DNA of 63,531 nucleotides, the filler included, from Octopus bimaculoides (Eukaryota): NCBI RefSeq assembly GCF_001194135.2. It is 8 parts of 6 records of this genome, joined end to end, with 100 filler letters (N's around TTAATTAATTAA, not from the genome) between each part and the next. Parts side by side here need not be neighbours in the genome. Positions count along the whole stretch, not along the records: positions 1 to 29,498 come from NC_068985.1; 7 more parts are not named here. One strand, given 5' to 3'. The position numbers were made by a program, and so were the translations under genes. Shown here one piece after another: positions 12,996-25,200 of this stretch. Within the stretch, counting starts at the first letter, position 1; every line of letters starts with the position of its first letter. The notes below the pieces were generated by a model. That model was given only the letters and a program-made list of their open reading frames with translations, had not been told where the DNA came from and did not search any database.

Positions 12996-13199
12996 GCATA
13001 ACCACCACCTTGGCACAGCTAATCTGAGTCTTAATTTTGTTCACCTCCAGCTTTTACTGATTCCTTACACTGATTGGCCACTGATTGGCAAAGATTTCAT
13101 TCCAGTTCAGTCGCACAGTCCACCAGATGATGAAATCTTCAAGTGGACTGTGTTAATATACAATCCCTGTACGATTTACTATCGCAGACAAAATCAGTA

Positions 13200-13314
13200 A
13201 ATAGCTTGCTTACCAACTGCATGGTTCCTGGTTCAGTCCTACTGCGTGGCACCTTGGGCAAGTGTCTTCTACTATAGCCTCCGGATGATTAAAGCCTTGT
13301 GAGTGGATTTGGTG

Positions 13315-13359
<45 letters not shown>

Positions 13360-13590
13360 GTGTGTGTGTGTGTGTGTGCGTGTGTGTGTGTGTGTTCCAC
13401 CACCGTGGCTTGAAAACCGATGTTCTTCTGTTTACGTCATCGTAACTTAGCGATTCAGCAAAAGATACCGATAAGATAAGTAGTAGGCTTACAAAGAATA
13501 AGTTCAGAGGATCGATGTGTTCGACTAAAGGCGGTGCTCCAGCATGGCTGCAGTCAAAGTGACTGAAACGAGTAAAAGAATAATAATTTA
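13200..13590 (+). mobile_element. tRNA-derived SINE family A (B-box, MIR/CORE-like accttgggcaagt motif, central (TG)n)
   Basis: B-box-like ggttcagtcc, then accttgggcaagtgtcttctactatagcc, (TG)n, and the 3' end ggcggtgctccagcatggctgcagtcaaag. Confidence 0.85.
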
Positions 13591-14919
13591 TTATAATAAT
13601 ACTGTAGGACGTTATTATATGCATATTGAATGGCTGTGGAAGTCCAGTAGAGGAAAATAGAAATCAAAGGGTAACATAAGCACAAAATGATTGAGAAAAC
13701 ACTGTACTCAGTTCTCTAGACATCTGCTTAAGTTTAAAATCATTGTTTAGTGAGGATTACGTCAAATCTTATCTTCAAATCCCAAACGAGGTAATTAGTT
13801 TGTTGTTTCTCGTTCAGGTTTGTATGCAAAGTTATTATTAATCCAATATTGCGTACAATCCAGTATAATCCAATATTGCGTATAATTCCTATACTGGTTT
13901 CAAAATTTGGCACACGACCAGAAATTTAAAGAGAGGGGAAAAGTCGATTACATCGACGTCAGTGCTCATCGACTCCGAAAGAATGAAATGCAAAGTCGAC
14001 TTTGGCGGAATTTGAACTAAGAAAGTAGAGACACATGAAAGTAACCACTAAGTATATTTACCCGTTGTACTAACGATGGTACTAACCCGGCGTACCAGCT
14101 CGCCGCTTCACCTATTCACTATATAAAAATTTGTGATGATCCAGTAATGTTAGAGATCGTACAAGTTCAAATCCCGCTGGTATCCACCTTGCCGTTCCTA
14201 ATTTACCCATCGGTAGCATATGCATCGTTGCTTCACTTGTACTTGTGTCGATCTATTTCATGATAAAATCTGTTTAGAATTAGATAATGAGAAAGGGCTC
14301 TTACCCCAAGCTACAATTTGTAAGACTGAATAATTTAAAAATATTTTTCAAATGTCAATTCTTCCAAGTATTCTTCAAACTTCTATCGATTTGAAAAGGT
14401 CAAGATTCTTATTTATTGTTCAAAACACTCGTTCTATCCCCTTTCTGCAATTAATATTATCACCCCCCGCTATCTATCTCTCTATCTCTATCTCCCACTC
14501 TCTCCGCTTCTCCTTTCTCCCTCTCTTCCCATTTCTCCTCTCTCCCTCTATCTCTCCCTTTCTCTCCCTGTCTCTTCCTCCCACACTTCTTCAATCTTTC
14601 TCTATCTATTTCTATTTTCCCTCTCTTTTTCCCTAGTCCACTCCTCTCTCTGATTTGAACTGACTTCACTTAAACAAGTTTCTCACACTTCTGATTTGCT
14701 TAAGATCTTCCTCTGAAATTACTAAAGTGCAGCCATCACTGCAATACTTATACAATTCTCAGAGAATTGAGAACGTATTCGAAAGCTTTAGTTGATCATT
14801 TATGAATAGAAAAGAAAAAAAAAACTCCTCGAGTCTAGTCCTCCTTGTCAGTCAGATCCATATCACAAAATCATAAATTGATTTCAGGAGATATCTTGAA
14901 AACTGAATGTTTTATTTTT

Positions 14920-15320
14920 CTATTTGTTTTACTCATTGAACAGCGACCATACTAAATTGCCACTTTGAAAGGTTTGGTCGAAAAAATGGCACCCAGCATG
15001 GATATTATTTGAAAGCCTGGTATTTATTCTATAGGAGCCATTTTGTCGAACAGCTAAGTTACGGTGACCTAAACAAATGAACACGGGCTATTTGCCAAGA
15101 TGAAGTGGATGGGGACAAATTCAAAGATACGCACACATACATACATTCATCTATATGTATGACGGGTTTCCGTACTGTGTCCATCTATGAAATTCACTTA
15201 CAAGTGGGTGGTCGCTCCGGGGCTATTAAAATACCTGTCCAAAATGCCGCACTGTGGAACTGAACCCGAAAACATGTGTTTGCAAAGCCAACTTCTTATC
15301 CACGCAGTTATACACGCATC
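14920..15320 (-). mobile_element. SINE family A, diverged
   Basis: aaagcctggtatttattctat...gacgggtttcc...ctgaacccgaaaacatgtg. Confidence 0.7.
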
Positions 15321-15901
15321 TACATTTGATATTATATATGTAACAATGTATGTTTATACAACGCATGGTTTCACAATAGCCCAGCCTTGTTTAAATAAAG
15401 CAAAATGAGAGAAAATACAACAAAAGAATTAGCAAGCTTATGATAAAGAGTATTCAACTTGTTCTCATCTCATCTTGGCTATCGGAGAACACTACAATTT
15501 TTATGAGATGAAGCTAATATTTGGAGGAGATTTGACTACTATTTCTTACAAGTTGAGTGATTAACCATATAGAGTTTCACGTTTTTGCTTGCTTTAAACA
15601 ACAGGCTACTGCTATTTTGACACAAGATATCATAAGGTATAACTACCTTATTCCATTTTTTTTTCTGATGGAATATTTCTAAGATAACGTTATGTGAGAC
15701 AGTCATTTCAGGACAACTTTTCTGCTATTTCTAATACATCACCTGATCTGACAGAGTATCTTTCGTTACCTTGGCTTCATTTCAACATGTTAAAGTGTGC
15801 GGTGACAAGACACGCTGCAAAATTTGAAGCTAATCTATCTTGCGCATTGGATGCACACGCCTGCAAAAAGACTACGTGCACTGCCCTTCTTTCAGCTGTT
15901 A

Positions 15902-16004
15902 TATAGAAGTTTTCGATCTAGTTTGGATTCTATGCCATCAAATTTGATTGCAAAGAATTCAAATTTGATGGCAAGGAATCCAAACTAGATCGAAAACATC
16001 TATA
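15902..16004. other. Near-perfect hairpin with 46-bp arms and an 11-nt loop
   Basis: tatagaagttttcgatctagtttggattctatgccatcaaatttga / tcaaatttgatggcaaggaatccaaactagatcgaaaacatctata; three non-Watson-Crick positions, one of which is G.U on the + transcript. Confidence 0.9.
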
Positions 16005-16009
16005 GTTTA

Positions 16010-16185
16010 TCTTTTACTTGTTTCAGTCATTTGACTGCGGCTATGCTGGGGCACGGCCTTGAAGGGTTTTAGTCGAACAAATCGACATCAGGACTTATTT
16101 CTGTAAGCCTATTACTTATTCTCTCGTTCCTCTTTCCCGAACCTAGCGTTACGGAAAAGTAAACACACCAACAAACGTTGTCGAG
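16010..16185 (-). mobile_element. SINE family A 3' half; the matching 5' half may lie at about 18740-18880
   Basis: tttcagtcatttgactgcggctatgctggggcac...aaacacacc...gttgtcgag, then abruptly unrelated sequence. Confidence 0.75.
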
Positions 16186-16190
16186 AATAG

Positions 16191-16802
16191 TATTGTTTAT
16201 AATAATATCAGTGGTTTAGCATGCGGAAGAAAAACCCATAGAGATAAAAATTATCAATTGATTTTAAGGGTACTAACAGGTAGTACCGGCATGCTAAAAT
16301 AGCAATCAAAATGACCAAACTAATAGTTTTGGCTTAATCGCACAAGTGAAAGCGAGAAAATGAACAAAAATCCTAAGACCACGTTCCAATGATGAAATTA
16401 ATCGAAAATTGAGAAAGTTGGACATACCTATATCATCGTGATTTCGAACTTTGACAAGGACACTTACTTCATCTTCAGCGAGCCTTACTGACTCCAGCAT
16501 TGAAGAGCCTCTTCATCTCAACCAATGTGTGCGATGACTGTTTTCTAATGCCGCAGGAAAATTTAAAAGGCGATCAAACTGAATAGAAATTATATAAATA
16601 TATATGAGGATATTATTGTTTATAATATCAGTGGCTTAGCATGCATATAAAAACCCATAAAGTTACAAATTATTAATTAATAATTAAGGTTATTAACAGG
16701 CAGCAACAGCATGCTAAAATAGCAGTCAAAATGACCAAACCACAAGTATTCGCTTAAACATAAAGGTGAAAGCGGGAAAATGAAAAGCAACCCTGAGACC
16801 CC
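16191..16802. repeat. Two diverged ~190-bp direct repeats (about 16191-16382 and 16616-16802)
   Basis: Both share the blocks taatatcagtgg(t/c)ttagcatgc, aaacccata, taacagg, gcatgctaaaatagca(a/g)tcaaaatgaccaaac, gtgaaagcg(a/g)gaaaatgaa and cct(a/g)agacc. Confidence 0.85.
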
Positions 16803-17369
16803 TGACACTTAATTATTAATTGAAGCTTTTTACCTTTCTTGATAACGAAGAGGAGAATGGAGATTTTTATTCACATCCAAAAAGTGTTTTTTTTTTCTTT
16901 TCTACAGCATATATATCTGACCCACATATGTTTCGACTGCACATTGCTTTGTATGCAATCATGTATCCTAGTCGCTGCAATTTCATCAAGGCTCCATCGC
17001 TCACGATGTTTTTAAAGTGATCTGATTCAAGCAAAACTCTTCCGTTGGTATTCAGCTGAACGTAACAGTGCTATTGTTTGCATGCGATGAAACGTTGGTT
17101 TTATCACCTCTGTTGGTATTTCAATTGAAACGTGGCTTTATAAATGTTTATTCAGATTTCAATCAATTGTAGCAGTTTTCTTGACATGTTGCTGTATAGA
17201 GTACATTAATCATTCAGAGGTATTTTATTTATTTTGCGTCTATACCCTACATTAATATTATTGTTACTATTATTATTAGTAGTAGTATTAGTATAAATAT
17301 AATTTATTATCATAATCATTATTGTAACTAGTATAATTACTATAGAGGGTAAGTTGCGGTTATTCAAAC

Positions 17370-18755
17370 TGTTTAAACGTATATTTTCGCAAGTGTGGAC
17401 ATCTTAGTGCCTGTCCCTGTCTTGTGTTTAAAAGAGTAAATTTAGAAGTGAAAATTTGGTACATTTCTTCTACACAAGGGTCTCATCTATTACTGCCTAT
17501 TCTATAAGATTTTACCTTACTAATTTTTTCCCAGCCAAAAATGAAATTTGGTTACTATCTTTTAGTACCCAAATTAGTTAACAAAGGCTAGTAGCATTCT
17601 TTTGTCCCTATATTTAAACGAGTTTACATGATTGACAATTATTTGCTTAATGTAATAATGAGAGCCAGTTCCGATATACAAATATTCCATATTCTCTGAG
17701 GTAACCTTACATATGTGTACAATATTTTAATACCTACAATTAGAGTTAATGTGGCAAACCCTGTTACTAGAACAATCGCATTCGATAGTTCAACTACTTC
17801 CATTAAGAGTGTCTACTTCTACTTTACTAGAGGTGATTTCTAAATTATCCTGCCCATCTTCTAAGCTATTACTGTTCCCTACATAGACAACATTCTGAGC
17901 ACTTTACTTTCTAAGATTCACACCTCAACCTCCAGGCTAATGCGGGAGTTTGATCGGGTGACTACCATGTTATTGGTTGTCAAACCATAGTTCCTATCCC
18001 GATAGCTAGTTGGGTTACTTATGGTTTGTTCGCTCATGCTGACATTGTTGCTATTTATTGATCTATAATTATTATTTTGGATATTATTTCTGGTATTGTT
18101 TATATGGAAAATGTTTAATGTATCCTTTTGTGCGGCTATAATTTCTGCTAGATTTCTGCTATTAGAAAAGGATTGTCTAAACCTATGTTTATTAAAAATT
18201 CTATAGTATTTACCGTCAAATTTCAAAACATTTGGACAATGCCGAATAGAACAATTTAAGTATAGTGGAAATTATTTGTTTTCCGAAGGAAATTATATGC
18301 CAATCGGTATTGCTAAAGGTATCTATGTCATTGGGGTATGTATTTCTATTTCTACCTAAACTTTTTGTACCTGGTTTTTATTTCAACACTGGGCTTTTTT
18401 GCTATTATATTTGTTAATTATTTGTGTAATACTAATGGTAGAGCTTACGTACTGGTTACGTTCCCTATCTGAAGAGGACATCTTCGTAGGTCGATTCTTA
18501 TCTAAATCACTTAGCACTTTATTTGGCACAAATTCATGTAAATTTGTACTCTGCTTTTGCGTTCTAGGTACTCTATTGTTGTATTTTAATTGCACGAACT
18601 CTCTACCTTTAACTCCTCCCACTGTCCGCGCTCGATTGTTAGTGGTGTTCTTCATATTATGTATTTTATTTCGATTATTGCTAGGATGGTCCATCCCACT
18701 AAGTTTATTATTTCTATTATTGCTTAGATCTAGATTAACGTCTACCAAATCCATT
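17370..18755 (-). mobile_element. Decayed Penelope-like element: C-terminal RT thumb/linker and GIY-YIG endonuclease
   Basis: Minus frames read KYYRIFNKHRFRQSFSNSRNLAEIIAAQKDTL, then CDCSSNRVCHINSNC..NIVHICKVTSENMEYLYIG (YIG near 17671-17679), NHVNSFKY, WVLKDS, KVKSYRIGSNR.DPCVEEMYQI and LLNTRQGQALRCPHLRKYTF. This is the Penelope GIY-YIG motif order. Confidence 0.8.
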
Positions 18756-19110
18756 CACAAGGCTTTAGTGAGCCCAAGGCTATAGTAGAGGACTTTTGTC
18801 CTAGCTTCCACGCAGTGAGACTGAAACCAGAACCATGTGATTGGGAAGCTAGCTTCTTACTACACGGTCACGCCTGCACCTGATAAGAAATATTAAAAAC
18901 GGATGTTATATTTCCCGCAAGTCAGGAAAATTAAGTATAGGAAACACCGGTTGCAGGGGGGGGGGTGAACACAGACAGGATGGGCTTCTTTCAGTTCCGG
19001 TGTACCATATCCTCTCCCAAGACTTTGATCGGACCGAGGCTATAGTAGAGGACACCTCCCAAAATACCACACTGTGGGGGTGAACCCCGAAGCAAGAGGT
19101 TTACGATTTT
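18740..19110 (-). mobile_element. Two SINE family A 5' halves in tandem (about 18740-18880 and 18935-19110)
   Basis: cgtctaccaaatccattcacaaggc...ggctatagtagagga occurs twice with tRNA-like heads. Confidence 0.75.
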
Positions 19111-20499
19111 GTCAGCTCATCTTGTCAAAAATATAGGCTGGTGTAATTCTTACAGGCCAAACTCTTCGACGTTCGACATTGAAACTAGTATTTACATTCA
19201 TCTACCACAAAGGGAAAAGCATGCTTGGCCAACATCATGTAACCAGCAGCCGTTGGACATTTATCGTGCTGATGTCAACTACTCAACGTGAAACACGTTT
19301 CCTCGACTCTCCTTTTATTTCCTGACAATTAGCTTGTTCTGTTCCTTAAAGGCATATCGACTTTGGAGAAGTCTAGATTAAACCCCTAACTCATATGAAG
19401 TTCATCTTAATTGCTAATTGGTATATATGGGTCATCCTCTAGAGAAGGAGATAATTGTTTTATTTGATATATCCCTATATGCTTTTGTTATTGAACTATT
19501 GAAATACATGCCAATGACCATTTTGAGTTGCCTCCCTTCGGTCATTTTCCCATAAATAAAGCGATACAGTCAATCATCCAACAATGACCCTGTCGTTTCC
19601 TTAATGACAAATCAGCTTTGGAAATGTCTTGAATCTATGAGGCTGTTTTTAATTATCAATTGTTAATTATGATACAACCTCTAGAGTCGGAGGTAGTAGT
19701 AATAAATCATGAATTTACGTTGTATGTTATTTAATATACCTGTATTTGTCTATATTATTCAAATACACGCCATTGGCAACTCTCAGTTATTTCTCTTAGC
19801 TCATTCTGTTTTTTTTAAATTAAGCGATGAATATAGTTCGACAACAGAAAAATAGACACCATTACAGCGATAACATTAATAGGACCATATTAATGTTGAT
19901 ATGCGTGTTTGCTTTGATGTCAGATATACGAAGGAAAATATTGCCTTTTTTCTCTCTAAATTAGCACATATCCACAGTCCATTGACATGCTGTCTTAATC
20001 CTGTTTTCCCCTTTTAGCATTTATTTGTTTATTCTGGTTAATTATCCTCCCCTACCACTTCCTGTTATAAACCATCGTCATATTTGTTGAAAGCTGTTTT
20101 CATATGATTACTACGTGGAATATTTCATCTTTGACTATAAATTCATGTCTTTGTTTATTTGTTTATTTTCCTACAGCTAAGGGTGTTAATTATATGCCAT
20201 TTTTCTTCTTCAGAGAACTGTTAGCAGTTAGGCGTTTTCAACTTTTAAAATATGGAATGTTTGTTTGTAAAAGAGAAAAGTGTTAGAATAAAAACAAAAA
20301 TAAGCAGTCAAACAAACAATAAAAAGCGAAAAAAATTAGGTATGGCTTTAAAAGCATTAGTAGAAAGTGTTAGAAAAAAGTTTATAATTAAAAGTTGATG
20401 CAATAAAGGAATACAAATAGAGTTTTAACCAAATGATGAAATACATGATAAATATTTGTCAAAATTTGTAAAATGACATTTAAACACCCACCCACATGT

Positions 20500-20538
<39 letters not shown>

Positions 20539-20548
20539 TGTCTGTTTG

Positions 20549-20594
<46 letters not shown>

Positions 20595-21304
20595 GGGGGG
20601 GGGGTGCGTATAAACACACATATATATGGCGCCATAAATAAATATATCAGACACACACATATATACAGGAATATGTGTGTTATGTGCGTATTTGTGTGTT
20701 GTGTGTTTGTATATACTGACGCACACACATCGGTATTGATATATGAAGATACGTGTTCGTTATACTCCCCTGTCGATTTATGTTAACCACTTTTGATATC
20801 AACAAAATCATACTTACACTATGTAACTAAATGTGTTACAGTTTTTAATGCAACAAAGGCACACATTTACTTAACACAGAAACATAAAGCAGTCCCTGTA
20901 ATAATATATCCCAAATCGTCTCTATGTTGTATACTTCGGTATCAATCCAACGTTTCTGCAAGACATGTATACACAAAATCATAGCACCGAATCCTTGTTC
21001 AGTGGTTGTGCACACTTAGTGGTCGAACAAATCAGTTACACGAACTGAAGTTATACAAGCTAGGTTTATGTTCCTTTATGTATGTTTGTATGTGGTCGTG
21101 TGTGTGTGTGTGTGTTTAAATGTTTATGCGGGTGTTTAATTTTATGCATATGTGTATTAGTAAGTGTGTACGCTGGTCTGTCATTTCTTTAACTCATATT
21201 TCTTTTATATAGTTACACCATTCTTTCATTAATTAACATACACATACAAGCAGTTACATAGAAAGAAATGAATTTATACGAGCATCCACAAACACAGAGG
21301 TTGT

Positions 21305-21342
<38 letters not shown>

Positions 21343-22919
21343 NNNNNNNNNNNNNNNNNNNNNNNNNNNNNNNNNNNNNNNNNNNNNNNNNNNNNNNNNN
21401 NNNNNNNNNNNNNNNNNNNNNNNNNNNNNNNNNNNNNNNNNNNNNNNNNNNNNNNNNNNNNNNNNNNNNNNNNNNNNNNNNNNNNNNNNNNNNNNNNNNN
21501 NNNNNNNNNNNNNNNNNNNNNNNNNNNNNNNNNNNNNNNNNNNNNNNNNNNNNNNNNNNNNNNNNNNNNNNNNNNNNNNNNNNNNNNNNNNNNNNNNNNN
21601 NNNNNNNNNNNNNNNATATATATATATATATATATACATGCATATATATTATATCATATATTATATTTATCTACATACATATATGCATGTGATTGTGTGC
21701 GTGTATGTATGTGCATGTGTACGAGTATATAAACGTTGTGTAGAAGTATGCATGTGCGTTTGTTAATTAGTAAAGGAACTCTAAAACTATATAATAGAAA
21801 AGGCAGCCAAAGATTTGACAGAAAACAGTAAAGTTTAATAGAAATAATAAAAATATAATAAAACGTAGTGAAATATATTTTTCCTGTCTTTTTCTTTTTT
21901 TTTTTTAGAATTGTAAATTAAGTTCTAAAATATATAATTGAAAATGAAAGAGAAAATGTTAAAAGGCGATAGGAAAACATGGAAAAAATATATATAGTGA
22001 AATTTAGCGTGTGTTATGTGTGCAGTTTAAATGATAAAAGTGGTAAAATGTAATGGATGATATAAAAATGTAGTAACAAGTATAAATTTTGCGAAAACAA
22101 TATGGAAGTTATATGGAGAGATATTTCAGGGAAAGTGGTTGGAATTTATTGGAGAGTATGACTAGATGAATCTGACAAAATAGCAGTTGCTGACGATGTT
22201 TCATATCTCGACAGAGCTGAAAAACAGTGTAGAGTTTAAAACAGATGAGATCCAGCATTCTCCAGACATTTTTAGGCTGAAGGTAACTATTATGAACCGT
22301 AAGGATACGTAGCATTTCATACAAACATCTTCGGTGTTGAGGTTGGAGAACGGGTGTCTACTCCAACACATATTGCCTGATATATACCCGAAATTTCCAT
22401 GGAATCTTCAGAGTTATTACTCAAAGATCCAAAACGTTATCCCATGTTTTACTATTATATACCAACCCAGCAAAGCGGTTGATTGTGTAATTAATGAATT
22501 AGATGAAGATGTTAGTATAAATATGCTTTTATGAATGATTGGTACTATATAGTTACAAAGTCATTTCTTGGTCGAATCATCTCTCACAAAACACATTCAG
22601 GTTCTGTTAAAAGCAGGATGGAAGGATGAATGTAGATATACTTGTCAAGATGTTAATTTTTGCACAAAAGTCAATTGAAAGAGCCTCTGCGGCTATCAAA
22701 TTCCTGCACACTTATGCATATACAGAAAATAAAATCAAATACCAACACAAACAGAAACAGGGACAGAGAAAGAGAGAGAGAAGAGGGAGAGACAAAGGAA
22801 GAGAGAGAGAGAGACAGGAGAGAGAAGAAGAAGAAGAGAGACAGAGAACTTTTACAAGTAATTCATCATACGAGAAAGAGTAGTAAAATTTTCCTCAAAT
22901 CACACTTTCTAATCTTCAG

Positions 22920-23460
22920 AAAGGAAATCCACGTTAGTGATTGCACTTCTTGTGTCTTTCCTATCTCTTCCTGTCATTGTGCTCATATCTTTCCTATGTC
23001 TTTCCTACAGATGTCAACCTATGAAAAATTATGTGGAATATTTACGGCTTCAACCTCATTCTTCTAGGAGGACTCGCAACATTTGTAAGCGCTCTCACTT
23101 CCTCTAGACGCAGTAAGTAGAAGAAAAGAATGATACACCTCTTTTCGGCGTTTTCAAGGCTTCTTCACAGATAGTGGTGATGCTCTGCTTTTCAAACTGC
23201 ACCTCTGCAACCTTTAAGATGAATCACTGATGTTAAAATCAGTACTGAGTCTACACAAATGGTCTCTGTTCCAGGAGTTGTTGATCTCTATGCTTTCTTG
23301 TACTTCTGCAGTATCAGGCTTTCTTCTATGTTTGCTCGGCCCAAGTTATTGCAATCTGCAGCCATATTTTCCCAGTTCTAATGAATAACAACATGCTTTT
23401 CTTAATGGTGTCTTGAAGCCATTGCTTAGGTGCACACCTTGAGTCTAGACGCCTGTAAAT
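22920..23460 (-). mobile_element. Possible decayed RTE-type LINE 3' fragment
   Basis: Minus frame RRLDSRCAPKQWLQDTIKKSM...WLQIAITW resembles the RTE G.PK.RW.D.LK..W..LA.DR segment. The match is weak. Confidence 0.3.
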
Positions 23461-23674
23461 TCAGACTACATCTACTGTTCGGACACTCTTATGTGTGACA
23501 TTCTTTTAAATAACTCATTAGTTGATGCTTTTCTATAAGAGTTTTGATTCTCATAACACTACATATTTATTTGTTACAAAGACAACGTATTTTTGTCTTC
23601 AGAATTGATCGTAGCTGTGCTTTATAAAACATTGTCAAGTCTACATATTTGACATTGATATTCTGGTTTAATAA

Positions 23675-23885
23675 GCGGGTGAGCTGGCAGAATCATTAGC
23701 GCACCGAGCGAAATGTTTAATGGCATATCGTCCGTCATCAGGTTCCAAGGTCAAATTCCGTTGGGGTCATTTTTACCTTTCATGCTTTTGGGTCGATAAT
23801 ATAAGTACCATTAAACACTGGCGTCGTTGTAATCGACTTACCCGTTCCCTCGAAATTGCTGACATTGTGTCAAAATTTGAAACCC
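23675..23885 (+). mobile_element. tRNA-derived SINE family C with a Nin/Deu-like central domain
   Basis: gcgggtgagctggcagaatcattagc head and cctttcatgcttttgggtcgataatataagtacca. Further copies lie at about 3135-3337 (-), 13895-14110 (-), 23930-24070 (+), 27400-27480 (+), 29960-30150 (-), 50995-51150 (+) and 55500-55630 (+). Confidence 0.75.
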
Positions 23886-24236
23886 ATATACTGATTTCAT
23901 GCGGGGTTACCTGAGATGGCATTCCTCCTGCGTATTTGCGTTTTGAGTTCAATTCCTCCCGAGGTCAACTCTACCATTCATCGCTGAAATGTTCAAAAAA
24001 ATAAAGTATCCTGCAAGTACCGGAATCGAGATATTTCACTTATCCCCTCTCCTCAAAATTACTGGCCTACAACGGACCGGCATCCCATCCAAAGAGACTG
24101 TTGTGATCTCAGTCACTTGTACGCCATGGAAACCTGCCCCAGTAGACCTACGGCGCGTGAAAGACATTTATTTGTAGATATATCCTATCTATTTATCTGT
24201 TTACCTTTCTATCTATCTATCTATCTGTCTATCTAT

Positions 24237-24303
<67 letters not shown>

Positions 24304-24509
24304 ACTATCTATCAATCTGTCCACCTCTGAACTAGATATAATGATGTAGATTTGTTAAATATAATGATTAAATCTTTCTAGAGTTGAAACAGAATACTTT
24401 GCCCCGAGATTATTGCCGGTTGTTTTTGAGGTATCTCTTTATGAAAGCAATGCCACTTTGAAGTTAGACGTTAAATGTGGAGGACATCGTAAATCGTTTT
24501 CCCTACAGA

Positions 24510-25200
24510 AACTTATTCTTTTACTCGTTTCAGTCGTTGGACTGCGACTTGCTGGAGCACCGCCTTGAATGGGAATAAATTCCTTGAAAAAGTCAACGTC
24601 AGTGCTTCCTGGTTTTAAAGCCTGGTATTTATTTATCGATCTCTTTGGCCGAAACGCCTAGGCTGACGTAAACAAAACCACCACCGATTTGATGCGGGAA
24701 AAACACGAACGTAAAGTCACGCACACATAGATACATATTCATATACATGTATGTGCATGTGTGTGTGTGTGTGTGAGTGTGTGTGTGTGCATGTGTGGGG
24801 GTGCCTACGCGTTTGTCTTTGTGTTAGGTTTTGTCTACCACCGCTTGACAAACGGTGTTTGTGTATTTACATCCCCGTAACCCAGCGGTTCAACCAAAAA
24901 CTGAATGGAAAAATTACCAGGCTTAAAAAAAGTAAGTACTTTTCGGCTAAAAATTCATTAAGCTGGTGCCTCAGCATGGCATCAGTCAAATGACTGAAAC
25001 AAGTAAAAGATAAATATATATATATATATTCATACACTACGAGCACCTTTAAGCTTCCGTTGACCAGATCCGCACATAGGTCTTTGCTCGAGGCGAGGCT
25101 ATAGTACAAATCATTTGCCCGAGGTGTCACACCAGAGGAACTGAACTGGGAACTATGCGGTTGGAAAACAAACTTTTTACCGCACAGCCACGCCTAGTAA
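24510..25200 (-). mobile_element. SINE family A (reverse) interrupted at its central microsatellite by a forward 3' half (about 24750-25015)
   Basis: Reverse 3' half at 24510-24730, forward 3' half ending cagtcaaatgactgaaacaagtaaaag, then reverse 5' half at 25030-25200. Confidence 0.7.

Larger units (their letters stand above)
11897..13146. repeat. Long inverted repeat pair: 11897-12032 and 13000-13146
   Basis: ccacttgaagatttcatcatctggtggactgtgcgactgaactggaatgaaatctttgccaatcagtg... is the near-exact reverse complement of the right arm. The arms differ by a 10-bp duplication and a few substitutions. Confidence 0.92.

Noticed and set aside
18399-18785. Hydrophobic, membrane-protein-like + strand ORF
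   Set aside because: It is antisense to the A-rich Penelope region, and the hydrophobicity follows from T-richness.
20104-20286. Possible signal-peptide exon MITTWNISSLTINSCLCLFVYFPTAK with phase 1 end, and acceptors at 20176 and 20213
   Set aside because: Available donors (gtgtta, gttagc) are poor, and the peptide is not a convincing signal sequence.
23011-23084. Candidate exon between tttcctacAG (23010) and gtaagc
   Set aside because: It has stops in phases 0 and 1 and lies within a probable antisense LINE remnant.
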